Positions 38,240-49,421 of a stretch of 64,000 bases of DNA are shown piece by piece. Location of the stretch: the NCBI GenBank assembly GCA_030705825.1, contig JAUZPR010000003.1:5341-69340 (forward strand), read 5' to 3'. This DNA is from Bacillota bacterium. GTDB lineage: Bacteria > Bacillota > Clostridia > Acetivibrionales > JANLFN01. The notes below the pieces were generated by a model that saw nothing but the letters and a program-made list of their open reading frames with translations, was not told the origin of the DNA and made no database searches. A program made the translations under genes and the position numbers. Positions within the stretch are counted from its first letter, which is position 1, and every line of letters starts with the position of its first letter.

Positions 38240-39448
38240 TTATACAGCTATCGAGCTTATCGAGGAGAGCTCATAAATTGCTTCTCCCAGCCGTTTTATA
38301 CCTTCCCGTATCCTGTCTTCAGGCATATTTGAGTAATTTATGCGCATTGTATTATCTTTAGGTCTGCAGGCATAGAATGAGGCCCCAGGAACGAAAGCAA
38401 CCTTCCTTTCAAGGCTTATTTCAAGAAGCTTTCGTGCGTTTAAGCCCTCCGGAAGCTCGGCCCAGGTAAATAATCCACCATTGGGTCTTGTAAACCGTAC
38501 CGACCTTGGAAATTCCCTTTCCATAGCTTCAATGACAGTATCCCGTCTTTCCCTGTATACATCCTTAATGTGTGCAATATGCATATCAATATCATTTTTC
38601 TCAAGAAACCTGTTTACCTGCATCTGGCTTGTTGTTGACGTATGGAGATCTGCGCCCTGCTTTACAAGTACAAATTTCTCAATGAAATCGGTATCTGCAG
38701 CAATCCAGCCAAGCCTCATTCCAGGACAGAATATTTTTGAGAAGGTACCCAGTCCTATAACAGTTCCTGTATTATCCAAAGACATCAGGGATGCCGGGAT
38801 TTCGCCCTCAAATCTCAATTCGCCGTAAGGATTATCTTCTATTATGACAACACCGTACTTTTGTGCAATCTCCAGAAGTTTTTTCCGTCTTTCAACAGAC
38901 CATGTCCTGCCTGTCGGGTTCTGAAAATCCGGAACAACATAAATCAATTTTCTCCTTGAACAAGTCAACATCAGCTTTTCAAGCTCCTCGGGGATCATCC
39001 CGTCGTCATCGGTAGGTACCTCAATGAACCTGGGCTCATAAGCCCTGAAGGCATTTAAAGCTCCCAGATATGACGGGCTTTCGCAGAAAACTACATCACC
39101 CTCGTTCAAAAATACCTTGCCGATAAAGTCCAATGCCTGCTGTGAGCCACAGGTTATTAAAATCTGATCTGTGCTGACAGTAGTTTTGAAAACTCTGTGA
39201 AGTCTTTCAGCTATTTTTTCCCTAAGAGGCAGATAACCTTCAGTTGTGGAATACTGCAGAGCCTTCCTACCATCCTCAAGAATAACCTCTGAAGATATTT
39301 TTGCTATTTCCACCAAAGGAAACAGCTCAGGAGCAGGCAAACCTCCTGCGAAGGAAATTACCTCGGGCATTTCGGTTATTTTAAGCAATTCTCTAATTTC
39401 TGAAGCTCTGATGTTCTCCATTCTTTTTGCAAATAAATTATTTTTCAT
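38240..39448 (-). CDS. PLP-dependent aminotransferase, class I/II (2-aminoadipate/aromatic aminotransferase-like)
   Basis: 402 aa with the SFAGGLP N-terminal motif, a TFSK PLP-lysine motif and a C-terminal R..YS motif. Confidence 0.85.
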   Translation of the reverse strand: MKNNLFAKRMENIRASEIRELLKITEMPEVISFAGGLPAPELFPLVEIAKISSEVILEDGRKALQYSTTEGYLPLREKIAERLHRVFKTTVSTDQILITCGSQQALDFIGKVFLNEGDVVFCESPSYLGALNAFRAYEPRFIEVPTDDDGMIPEELEKLMLTCSRRKLIYVVPDFQNPTGRTWSVERRKKLLEIAQKYGVVIIEDNPYGELRFEGEIPASLMSLDNTGTVIGLGTFSKIFCPGMRLGWIAADTDFIEKFVLVKQGADLHTSTTSQMQVNRFLEKNDIDMHIAHIKDVYRERRDTVIEAMEREFPRSVRFTRPNGGLFTWAELPEGLNARKLLEISLERKVAFVPGASFYACRPKDNTMRINYSNMPEDRIREGIKRLGEAIYELSSISSIAV

Positions 39449-39515
39449 TAACTCTCAATCCTTTCACTTACAAATTACAACCGCCTCAAAGTCCATAGGG
39501 ACGGAAAAACATATT

Positions 39516-41030
39516 TTAAACTATTGGTTTAATTTCGGAAATTCTGGATCTTTTAGACCTGCCGCCACTGGCGATAGATTCATTAATAGCTTCCTTGAGC
39601 CTTATTATACCTTGCTCGATTTTTTCTGCATCGGGATAGGTATAGTTGAGCCTTATATAGTTTTCTCCTCTTCCTGCCAGGCAAAAAGAGCTTCCAGGGA
39701 CATATGCAACACCTTTGTCTGCTGCCTTTCCCAGTAGTATTGAATTGGGTACACCATCCGGCAGCCTGCACCACAGGTAAAAGCCGCCCAAAGGCTTGTT
39801 CCACTGCAGCCCTTCCACAGGATCATTCAAAAGAGCTTCAATCATTAAATCCCTTTTAGCCCGATACTCATTGCAAATTTTATTTATATGGGCTTCCAGC
39901 TTTCCGCTGCTTAGAAACCTGTCTACCATCCACTGTGATATACTGTTTGCATGCAGATCTGTAAGCTGTTTTATCATTGTAAATTGATTAATTACCGGTA
40001 TGGGAGCTGTCATCCATCCTATACGTATACCCGGGAAAAAAATCTTTGAAAATGTACTGAAATAAATCACATATCCGTATTTATCAAGCTCTTTCAAAGT
40101 CGGAAGCCTGTTACCCTCAAAACGAAGCTGTCCATATGGGTCATCCTCCAAAATAAGTACCTTCTTCCTATAAGCCAGCTCTATGAGGTTTTTTCTTCTT
40201 TCCAGGCTCATACTTATTCCCGAAGGGTTCTGATATGTCGGGATTGTGTATATGAATTTAGGCCTGTATCTTTGAAGGATCTGCTCCAGAACTTCAATAC
40301 ACATTCCGTTTTCATCTACCGGAATGCTTATAATTCTGGCACCGGCCGACTGAAATATCTGAAGGGCACTGAAGAAGGAGGGTTCCTCAACAATAACAAC
40401 ATCTCCCGGGTCTATAAACACTCTTGCCGCCAGGTCAATACCCTGCTGTGAACCTGACAATACCAATACCTCTTCGGGGCTGCATTCAATACCCCTTTTA
40501 CCCATCAGAACCGATATGTTTTCTCTTAAGCTTGTAAAACCTTCTGTAGGTGTATGTTTAAGGGCGTAATGTCCCTTCTGTACAAACAGCTCCTCCTCCA
40601 TACCTGAAAGTGCATCTATTGGATCTGTCTCTACTCCCGAGATACCGGCAGCAAAGGATATGATGTCATCTCTGTTGGTTATCTCCAATATATCTCTCAA
40701 AAGCGGGTCATTGGACCTTTCGGCGTTTTGATTGAAGTACTGCCGCCAAACAGGATACTGGTAAGCATCCTGTGATTCGCATACCTTATTTAAATGTGCC
40801 AGAACCACGGTACCTTTTCCTACATGTGAATCCACCAGTCCGTCGGCTTTAAGCTCCTTATATGCATTAAGTACCGTACTTCTGTTAACACCCAGGCTGT
40901 CGGCCAGTTTTCTTTCGGGAGGAAGGATACTTCCTGCAGCAAGCTTCCCTTCAAATATCATTGCACGAATCTGGTTCCGAATTTGGATATAAACAGGGAC
41001 TTCCGATTCCCGGTTCAATAAAATATGCAT
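39516..41030 (-). CDS. MocR/PdxR-type regulator (GntR winged-HTH fused to aminotransferase-like domain)
   Basis: An N-terminal GntR HTH (LPPERKLADSLGVNRSTVLNAYKELKADGLV) plus a roughly 400-aa fold-type-I domain with the TFSK lysine motif. Confidence 0.85.
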   Translation of the reverse strand: MHILLNRESEVPVYIQIRNQIRAMIFEGKLAAGSILPPERKLADSLGVNRSTVLNAYKELKADGLVDSHVGKGTVVLAHLNKVCESQDAYQYPVWRQYFNQNAERSNDPLLRDILEITNRDDIISFAAGISGVETDPIDALSGMEEELFVQKGHYALKHTPTEGFTSLRENISVLMGKRGIECSPEEVLVLSGSQQGIDLAARVFIDPGDVVIVEEPSFFSALQIFQSAGARIISIPVDENGMCIEVLEQILQRYRPKFIYTIPTYQNPSGISMSLERRKNLIELAYRKKVLILEDDPYGQLRFEGNRLPTLKELDKYGYVIYFSTFSKIFFPGIRIGWMTAPIPVINQFTMIKQLTDLHANSISQWMVDRFLSSGKLEAHINKICNEYRAKRDLMIEALLNDPVEGLQWNKPLGGFYLWCRLPDGVPNSILLGKAADKGVAYVPGSSFCLAGRGENYIRLNYTYPDAEKIEQGIIRLKEAINESIASGGRSKRSRISEIKPIV

Positions 41031-41165
41031 TTGAATCCTCCCGCTTTTATTAAATAATCACAATGTAATGGACTAATCCAATTACATTATATAATACAGT
41101 ATTTAGCATTTAAACAGCCAATTGGCATGTTTTTTAACCAACCAATTTAATCTCAGTATAAATAG

Positions 41166-41216
41166 CCCTCACCCCCGACACCTCTCCCACATCAGGAGAG
41201 GGGCCGGGGGTGAGGG
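41166..41216. repeat. GC-rich nested-palindrome intergenic element, full-length copy
   Basis: The outer arms CCCTCACCCCCG / CGGGGGTGAGGG enclose the inner hairpin CCTCTCC-CACATCA-GGAGAGG. Confidence 0.9.
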
Positions 41217-41235
41217 TTGTTATCTGTACATAATG

Positions 41236-41264
41236 AAAACGGGTTCCATATAGGAACCCGTTTT
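41236..41264 (-). terminator. terminator after serS (bidirectional shape)
   Basis: AAAACGGGTTCC (41236-41247) pairs with GGAACCCGTTTT (41253-41264), loop ATATA. Confidence 0.85.
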
Positions 41265-41284
41265 CATATATCATCTCACAAGTT

Positions 41285-42556
41285 TTATTTTATTACATCC
41301 AAATCATTCATATACTTTCTCAGAATTTCCGGAATCACTACAGTGCCGTCCGGCTGCTGGTATGTTTCAAGTATGCATGCTGTAGTTCTTCCTATTGCAA
41401 CTCCCGAACCGTTCAATGTATGAACAAACTCGGGTTTTTCATTCAAGCCCCTTCTGAATCTTATACCGGCTCTTCTTGCCTGGAAGGACTCAAAGTTACT
41501 GCACGAGGATATTTCTACGTATCTATTGTAGCTTGGCATCCACACTTCCAAATCATAAGTTGTTGCAGATGAGAAGCCCAAATCTCCGGTACATAACCTT
41601 ACTACCCTGTAAGGAAGACCCAGCAGCTGCAGAACTTCTTCAGCATCATTTGTGAGCTTTTCAAGCTCATTATAAGAATCCTCCGGCAGAGTAAACTTTA
41701 CAAGCTCAACCTTATTGAACTGGTGCTGCCTTATCAAACCCCTTGTATCTCTTCCTGCTGCTCCGGCTTCAGCTCTGAAACATGCTGAATACGCTGCATG
41801 CTTTATAGGTAGGTTTTTTACATCAAGTATCTGTTCCCTGTACATATTTGTTACAGGAACTTCGGCAGTCGGTATAAGAAAATATTCGGTATTTGCTACC
41901 TTGAAGGCATCCTCTTCAAACTTTGGAAGCTGACCAGTACCCTGCATACTGTTTCTATGAACCATAAACGGAGGAAAAACTTCGGTATATCCATGCTTGG
42001 TGGTGTGGAGATCAAGCATGAAGTTAACAAGTGCTCTTTCCAAACGCGCTCCCAGACCTTTATAAAATGTGAACCTTGTTCCCGTAACCTTTGCTGCTGT
42101 TGTCGGGTCAATAATGTCAAGATCCTCTCCTATATCCCAATGAGGTTTTGGTTCGAAGTCAAATTTCCTTGGTTCTCCCCACTTTCTTATTTCCAGGTTG
42201 TCTGCATCACTCATACCTACAGGAACTGCAGCATTCGGAATATTAGGTATTGTCAGTAATTCGCTTTCTATTTCATTATCAATATCCTTAACCTGACTGT
42301 CTATTTCTTTAATTTTATCTGATAATTCTTTCATTTCATTCATCAGGGCTGAAACATCCTTGCCCTCTTTTTTATATTGGGGAATCAATTTTGAATCTGC
42401 GTTCTGCTTCCCTTTCATTTGTTCTACAACCACAAGAAGCTCACGTCTTTTTTCATCAAGCTTGAGAAAACCTTCTACATCAAATTTTGAATTTCTTTTT
42501 TCTATAGCTTCCTTTAATATTTCCGGGTTATTTCTTATAGCCCTTATATCAAGCAT
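41285..42556 (-). CDS. serS: seryl-tRNA synthetase
   Basis: 423 aa with an N-terminal coiled-coil arm and class II motifs ([21 protein letters not shown]; GSGVAIGRT). Confidence 0.95.
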   Translation of the reverse strand: MLDIRAIRNNPEILKEAIEKRNSKFDVEGFLKLDEKRRELLVVVEQMKGKQNADSKLIPQYKKEGKDVSALMNEMKELSDKIKEIDSQVKDIDNEIESELLTIPNIPNAAVPVGMSDADNLEIRKWGEPRKFDFEPKPHWDIGEDLDIIDPTTAAKVTGTRFTFYKGLGARLERALVNFMLDLHTTKHGYTEVFPPFMVHRNSMQGTGQLPKFEEDAFKVANTEYFLIPTAEVPVTNMYREQILDVKNLPIKHAAYSACFRAEAGAAGRDTRGLIRQHQFNKVELVKFTLPEDSYNELEKLTNDAEEVLQLLGLPYRVVRLCTGDLGFSSATTYDLEVWMPSYNRYVEISSCSNFESFQARRAGIRFRRGLNEKPEFVHTLNGSGVAIGRTTACILETYQQPDGTVVIPEILRKYMNDLDVIK

Positions 42557-42633
42557 TATTTAAGCACCTCAAATCGATTTATTAATTAAAATTTCTATTC
42601 ATCTTTTCTATTAAATTATTATTCATTGAATAA

Positions 42634-43164
42634 TCATTTTTCAGTATACATTACTTCCTTATAGCTCTTCTTTGCAATTTCAATTGCCTGTATTTCTTCT
42701 GCAGACAATACATACCTTGATTTTCCCCCGATAACAGGTTTTGAATATGAAGATGAGCTGTCACGGGAGTATATACCGCTTATTACAAATCCATCGTCAT
42801 TATTGTCCATCAGCGCAATTGAGTAACTCAAATCACTTCCCACATTTTCGAAAGCATTGTATCTAACTATACCTTTTTTCTGCATGCACTGTATCATATT
42901 TCTGTTCAATGTAACAATCTGATTTTCAATTTCCCTGTTTTTCTCTTTTACTTCATTAACAGAATAAATGCAATGTTCAAGAAGCTCTTCCATATTTCTA
43001 TCGCTTAAGCCATTCATAAACTTATTATATTTTTGCCTTAACTTCTTAAGTTTAATTCTATTAGATATATTCATTAAAAATAATATAATTATAATTAAAA
43101 AGTTTGCACCAAGAATAATTGCTAAACCGGTTGAAATTGATAAGTTATCTAAAATGTCACCCAT
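42634..43164 (-). CDS. DUF4446 family protein
   Basis: 176 aa with an N-terminal TM helix, encoded directly downstream of parB as is typical for this family in Clostridia. Confidence 0.7.
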   Translation of the reverse strand: MGDILDNLSISTGLAIILGANFLIIIILFLMNISNRIKLKKLRQKYNKFMNGLSDRNMEELLEHCIYSVNEVKEKNREIENQIVTLNRNMIQCMQKKGIVRYNAFENVGSDLSYSIALMDNNDDGFVISGIYSRDSSSSYSKPVIGGKSRYVLSAEEIQAIEIAKKSYKEVMYTEK

Positions 43165-43227
43165 GTCATAGCTCCTTTAACACTATATTATTACCCAAAT
43201 CGGCTCTATTCTTGCGTTTGTCCGGAA

Positions 43228-43243
43228 TGTTTCACGTGAAACA
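43228..43243. promoter_or_regulatory. parS centromere-like site
   Basis: Perfect palindrome TGTTTCACGTGAAACA, matching the Firmicute parS consensus. Confidence 0.9.
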
Positions 43244-43257
43244 ATCTTAAAATAGAG

Positions 43258-44106
43258 TTAATTTTTTATTTTTCCTACCAGTTCGAGTATTCTTTCCAAT
43301 TCATCATTTGAGTAATACTCTATCATTATCTTACCCCTTTTATTATTAGAAAGGAGTTTTACTTTTGTTCCAAATATATTCTTAAGCTTTTCTTCTATAT
43401 CTGCATATTCTTCCTTGAGTAAATCAGCCTTTTTGGGTTTGCTTTTTGTAAGCAGTTTCTTTATCAACTTTTCGGTATCTCTTACATTCAAGCTTTTGCT
43501 TATTATTTCTTCAACTGCTTTTTCCTGAAGCTTTTTATCCTCTATTGCTAAAAGTGCACGGGCATGTCCGCTGCTTAATTCTTCGTTTATTAAAAAATTC
43601 TTTATGGTTTCACTTAAATTTAATAGCCTTAATGAATTTGCAATTGCCGGTCTGCTTTTTCCTACTGTGTTTGATAATTCTTCCTGAGTCATATTGAATT
43701 CTTTTAAAAGCTTTTCATATGCTTCAGCTTCTTCTATCGGGTTCAGGTCTTCTCTTTGTATGTTCTCGATAAGTGCCAATTCCATAAGCTGTTTATTTGT
43801 TACATCACGTACAACAACAGGAACTGTAGCGAGTCCTGCCATTCTTGCCGCTCTCCAACGTCTTTCTCCGGCAATAATCCTATATGTATCATCTTCTCTT
43901 TTTACAATGATTGGCTGGACCACACCATGCTGTTTTATTGATTCTGACAATTGGGCAAGCTTCTCATTATTAAAGTTTTTTCTTGGCTGATTAACGTTTG
44001 GTTCTATTTCATTGATTTTGATTTCCTTCACGAAGGACTCTTCGCTGCTCATATCTGCTGAGGTTATTAATGCACCTAGTCCTTTTCCAAGTCCTTTTTT
44101 AATCAT
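43258..44106 (-). CDS. parB: chromosome partitioning protein ParB/Spo0J
   Basis: ParB box GERRWRAARMAGL, HTH region, 282 aa. Its start overlaps the parA stop (ATGA). Confidence 0.9.
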   Translation of the reverse strand: MIKKGLGKGLGALITSADMSSEESFVKEIKINEIEPNVNQPRKNFNNEKLAQLSESIKQHGVVQPIIVKREDDTYRIIAGERRWRAARMAGLATVPVVVRDVTNKQLMELALIENIQREDLNPIEEAEAYEKLLKEFNMTQEELSNTVGKSRPAIANSLRLLNLSETIKNFLINEELSSGHARALLAIEDKKLQEKAVEEIISKSLNVRDTEKLIKKLLTKSKPKKADLLKEEYADIEEKLKNIFGTKVKLLSNNKRGKIMIEYYSNDELERILELVGKIKN

Positions 44107-44882
44107 ACTCTGTTTTCCTCCTCAGTAAGATCAATCACTTCCTCGGCTAATTCAATATAGCACTCTGCACCTTTTGACTTTGGATCGTATAAAATTATTG
44201 GCAGACCAAAGCTGGGTGCTTCACTTAATCTTACATTCCTTGGAATAACAGTTCTGTATACCTTGTTTCTAAAGTATTTTTTAACTTCCTCGACAACTTG
44301 TATTGATAAATTAGTACGTGCATCAAACATGGTAAGAACTACTCCCTCTACATCAAGAGCAGGATTTAAATGGCGCTGTACCAGCTTAACCGTATTCATC
44401 AGCTGGCTTAAGCCTTCCAGTGCGTAGTATTCGCATTGTATTGGAACAAGTATAGTATTCGCAGCTGTTAGGGAATTAATTGTCAATAAACCCAGTGAGG
44501 GAGGGCAGTCAATCAAAATAAAATCGAATTTACTTTTGATATCCTCCAAAGCCATTTTCATTCTGGTTTCTCTTGAGATTACAGATACTAGCTCGACTTC
44601 AGCTCCTGCAAGCTGTATGTTGGAAGGAGAAAGCATAAGATTATCAACTTGCGTTTTAATCAATGTTTCTTCTATTGCTACGTCATTTATTAGTACATCA
44701 TAAATTGACTTGCTTATTGTTTGCTTATCTATACCCAGTCCGCTTGTAGAATTCCCCTGGGGATCGACATCAATCAAAAGAACCTTTTTCCCTTTATATG
44801 CAAGACAAGAACTTAAATTAACGGCAGTAGTTGTCTTTCCTACGCCACCCTTTTGATTCGCAATTGCAATAATTTTTGACAA
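44103..44882 (-). CDS. parA: chromosome partitioning ATPase ParA/Soj
   Basis: Deviant Walker A NQKGGVGKTT. TTG 44882 lies 6 nt after GGAGTG and gives the canonical (M)SKIIAIANQKGG N-terminus. The ORF-track start at 44930 has no RBS. Confidence 0.9.
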   Translation of the reverse strand: MSKIIAIANQKGGVGKTTTAVNLSSCLAYKGKKVLLIDVDPQGNSTSGLGIDKQTISKSIYDVLINDVAIEETLIKTQVDNLMLSPSNIQLAGAEVELVSVISRETRMKMALEDIKSKFDFILIDCPPSLGLLTINSLTAANTILVPIQCEYYALEGLSQLMNTVKLVQRHLNPALDVEGVVLTMFDARTNLSIQVVEEVKKYFRNKVYRTVIPRNVRLSEAPSFGLPIILYDPKSKGAECYIELAEEVIDLTEEENRV

Positions 44883-45063
44883 AAATCTCACTCCTGGATT
44901 GTTCATTTTACGAACTTTAGAATTTTCCATTTTCGATAATACTTTCGTTGCTCAATAGATTATATCATAAAGTGTCCTTTTAAGTCATACTTTTTTTATA
45001 CTACTCTTATATTTTAAATTAAATTTTATAGTAAAGCTGTACTATATAAGGCTTGTACCAATT

Positions 45064-45079
45064 TGTTTCACGTGAAACA
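45064..45079. promoter_or_regulatory. parS centromere-like site
   Basis: A second perfect TGTTTCACGTGAAACA, upstream of parA. Confidence 0.9.
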
Positions 45080-45179
45080 TTAAAAAACTTTTTTTGAATA
45101 GATTAAACCAAATTGTCATATGTATTTATAAACGTGTACTATAGCTTATCATAGAAATTGTTATGATTAGGAGACTTTT

Positions 45180-45449
45180 ATGTGGAAGACAATACTATCA
45201 ACATTCTTCTTGGTTTTTCTTGCTGAGCTGGGTGATAAAACTCAACTTTCGACGATGGTTCTTGCTTCAAAATCAAATTCTATCTGGTATGTATTCATAG
45301 GGTCTGCCTGTGCTCTTGTATTTTCTTCTTTAATTGGTGTTCTTGCCGGTTCGTTTATTAATAAGGTTATACCAGCTTCATATATTCAGATTTGTTCAGG
45401 TATTTCGTTTTTAATTATAGGTGCCTTGTTACTTCTGGGGAAATTATAG
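45180..45449 (+). CDS. UPF0016 (GDT1/TMEM165) family half-size membrane protein
   Basis: 89 aa. The E-x-G-D-(KR)-(TS) motif is present as LAELGDKTQ. Three TM helices. Confidence 0.75.
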   Translation: MWKTILSTFFLVFLAELGDKTQLSTMVLASKSNSIWYVFIGSACALVFSSLIGVLAGSFINKVIPASYIQICSGISFLIIGALLLLGKL

Positions 45450-45577
45450 TTTTAAATTATTTTGCTAAAAATAAAAAAGGCTTTGCAATTAAGGTTAACC
45501 ATGGATCATACCTTACATGATTCAGTAAGGCTTCCCATATATTACACCTTTCTTACAATGCCTCTTTTCATTTTCTG

Positions 45578-47554
<1,977 letters not shown>

Positions 47555-47561
47555 TTAATTT

Positions 47562-47831
47562 TTACAAATTAGATATGTCATTTACAAATCCTGACCGTTT
47601 TTGTAATGTTACCGACGATATTGGTGAAAGAAAAATCTTGCTCTTTTTTTCATTTTCAGTTATTACAAAAGATTTTGGAAGATCATTTGAAATACTCTCT
47701 ATAAAACCTTCCTCTTCAGCTATCCTTAAAAATTCCTTTGTATCCTTTGATATGGTTGTTGTATCTATATCCAGAATAGCAATTATATTTTTTACGGGTA
47801 TTACCACGTCTCCACCAATATGCAGAAACAT
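47562..47831 (-). CDS. remB: DUF370 protein, RemB/YaaB-like
   Basis: 89 aa, MFLHIGGDVVIPVKNIIAILD. Conserved position between recF and gyrB. Confidence 0.85.
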   Translation of the reverse strand: MFLHIGGDVVIPVKNIIAILDIDTTTISKDTKEFLRIAEEEGFIESISNDLPKSFVITENEKKSKIFLSPISSVTLQKRSGFVNDISNL

Positions 47832-47966
47832 AAATTCCTCCTTGTATACTTTGGTTACTTTAGAAAAACTAGTAATTAATATATATTCTATCTTAATTAA
47901 ATATTTAGTGCAAATTATTAAAAATATTTATACAGCTAAGTAAATATATCAATATTGTTTTTCATT

Positions 47967-49079
47967 TTACTCCTTTATTACGACTCCTTTTGTTACCTTG
48001 AAAAAATCAGCTCTTTCACTTGCCTTGGCGGAAAAGAAGCTCTTTTCTGTACAGGTTATGAATACCTGAATACCTGTAATATTCTCAAACAAATACTCCT
48101 GACGTTTTGAATCAAGTTCCGACAAAACGTCATCTAGAAGTAATACAGGCCATTCCCCTGTTTCTTCCTTCATAATATCTATTTCAGCCATTTTTACTGA
48201 TAATACCGCAGTTCTTTGCTGTCCTTGGGATCCGTACATTTTTAAACTCTTTTGATCAAGAAAAATCTCATAATCATCACGTTGTGGGCCTATTAACGTT
48301 GTACACTTAAAGATTTCCTTTTCCTTGTTTCTTTCAAGACTCTTTCTATAATCGTTTTCTATTTCTTTAATATCATCAAATCTATTTACCGGAAAAGATG
48401 GATTATATCTTATATTTAGTGTTTCCAGACCGCCTGTCAATTTTTCATGCTCTGTTTTTGCAAATTTACTCAGTTTATCCATAAATTCTTTTCTTGTTTT
48501 CATTATCCTTGAGCCTGTTTTTATAATATTCTCATTCCATACATCCAGCGTATCTAAAAGTTTTCTATTATTCTGTATGTCCTTAAGGAGGCTGTTGCGC
48601 TGATCAAGAATTTTCATATACTGCTGCAGGTCATAAAAATATGATGGCTTTAATTGACTTATTGTAATATCTATAAATCTTCTTCTTTCGGACGGTCCTT
48701 CCTTTATTATCAACAAATCCTCGGGAGAGAATAACACAGTATTCAGATTTCCCATAAGATCACCTATTTTTTTCAAAGGTATCTCATTAATGCGTAATTT
48801 CTTTTTTCCCTCGTTTTCATATTGAACTTCGATTTCGGAATTTAATATCTTCTTTTCTACATCTATTTTTATATAATATGACTTTGATTCATGGTTTACC
48901 AGTTCAACATCCCTTGAGGTTCTGTGAGACCTGCCTGAAGAACAAATATATATAGCTTCCAGTATGTTTGTTTTTCCCTGGGCGTTATCTCCATATATAA
49001 CATTGAATCTTTTATCTATATTCAGATTGAGTTCTTTATAATTTCTATAATTTTTAAGCCTGATATTTTTTATGAACAA
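47967..49079 (-). CDS. recF: DNA replication and repair protein RecF
   Basis: Walker A GDNAQGKTN, signature GSQGQQRT, Walker B LLLDDV. TTG start follows GGGGG. Confidence 0.95.
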   Translation of the reverse strand: MFIKNIRLKNYRNYKELNLNIDKRFNVIYGDNAQGKTNILEAIYICSSGRSHRTSRDVELVNHESKSYYIKIDVEKKILNSEIEVQYENEGKKKLRINEIPLKKIGDLMGNLNTVLFSPEDLLIIKEGPSERRRFIDITISQLKPSYFYDLQQYMKILDQRNSLLKDIQNNRKLLDTLDVWNENIIKTGSRIMKTRKEFMDKLSKFAKTEHEKLTGGLETLNIRYNPSFPVNRFDDIKEIENDYRKSLERNKEKEIFKCTTLIGPQRDDYEIFLDQKSLKMYGSQGQQRTAVLSVKMAEIDIMKEETGEWPVLLLDDVLSELDSKRQEYLFENITGIQVFITCTEKSFFSAKASERADFFKVTKGVVIKE

Positions 49080-49094
49080 GCATATACCCCCGGA

Positions 49095-49301
49095 TTACTC
49101 TATTTCAAAAACCTTTCCCTCAGCTTCTATCCTATCTCCCTTTCTCAGCTTCTTTCCCCTTTGAAGCTCGACCTCTCCATTAACTTGTACATTTCCTTCT
49201 GCTATTATAATCTTTGCATCCGAACCGCTTCCACATATGCCCATCCATTTTAAAAACTGATCCAATTTAATATATTCAGTGCTTATTTTTGCTTTTTCCA
49301 T
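49095..49301 (-). CDS. yaaA: S4-domain RNA-binding protein YaaA
   Basis: 68 aa, IKLDQFLKW...VNGE...RGKKLRKGD. ATG 49301 follows GAGGTG. Confidence 0.85.
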   Translation of the reverse strand: MEKAKISTEYIKLDQFLKWMGICGSGSDAKIIIAEGNVQVNGEVELQRGKKLRKGDRIEAEGKVFEIE

Positions 49302-49421
49302 AAATAACACCTCATTAACTTTCCTTCTGATTTATAGAAAGGATTTCCTTTATATTATTACATTTTTTATGTAATTTTAAAAGGGACAGCATTTGCTGTC
49401 CCTTTAATTTATATTTTGCAA

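Noticed and set aside
42557-42633. Possible T-box leader upstream of serS
   Set aside because: Only 78 bp separate serS from the upstream DUF4446 gene. There is no specifier hairpin, no T-box sequence and no terminator/antiterminator pair. serS appears to be co-transcribed with the par operon or driven by a short promoter.
45080-45179. Possible yybP-ykoY manganese riboswitch upstream of the UPF0016 gene
   Set aside because: The region is only about 100 nt and AT-rich. It lacks the conserved GGGGAGUAG-type core and the four-helix arrangement.
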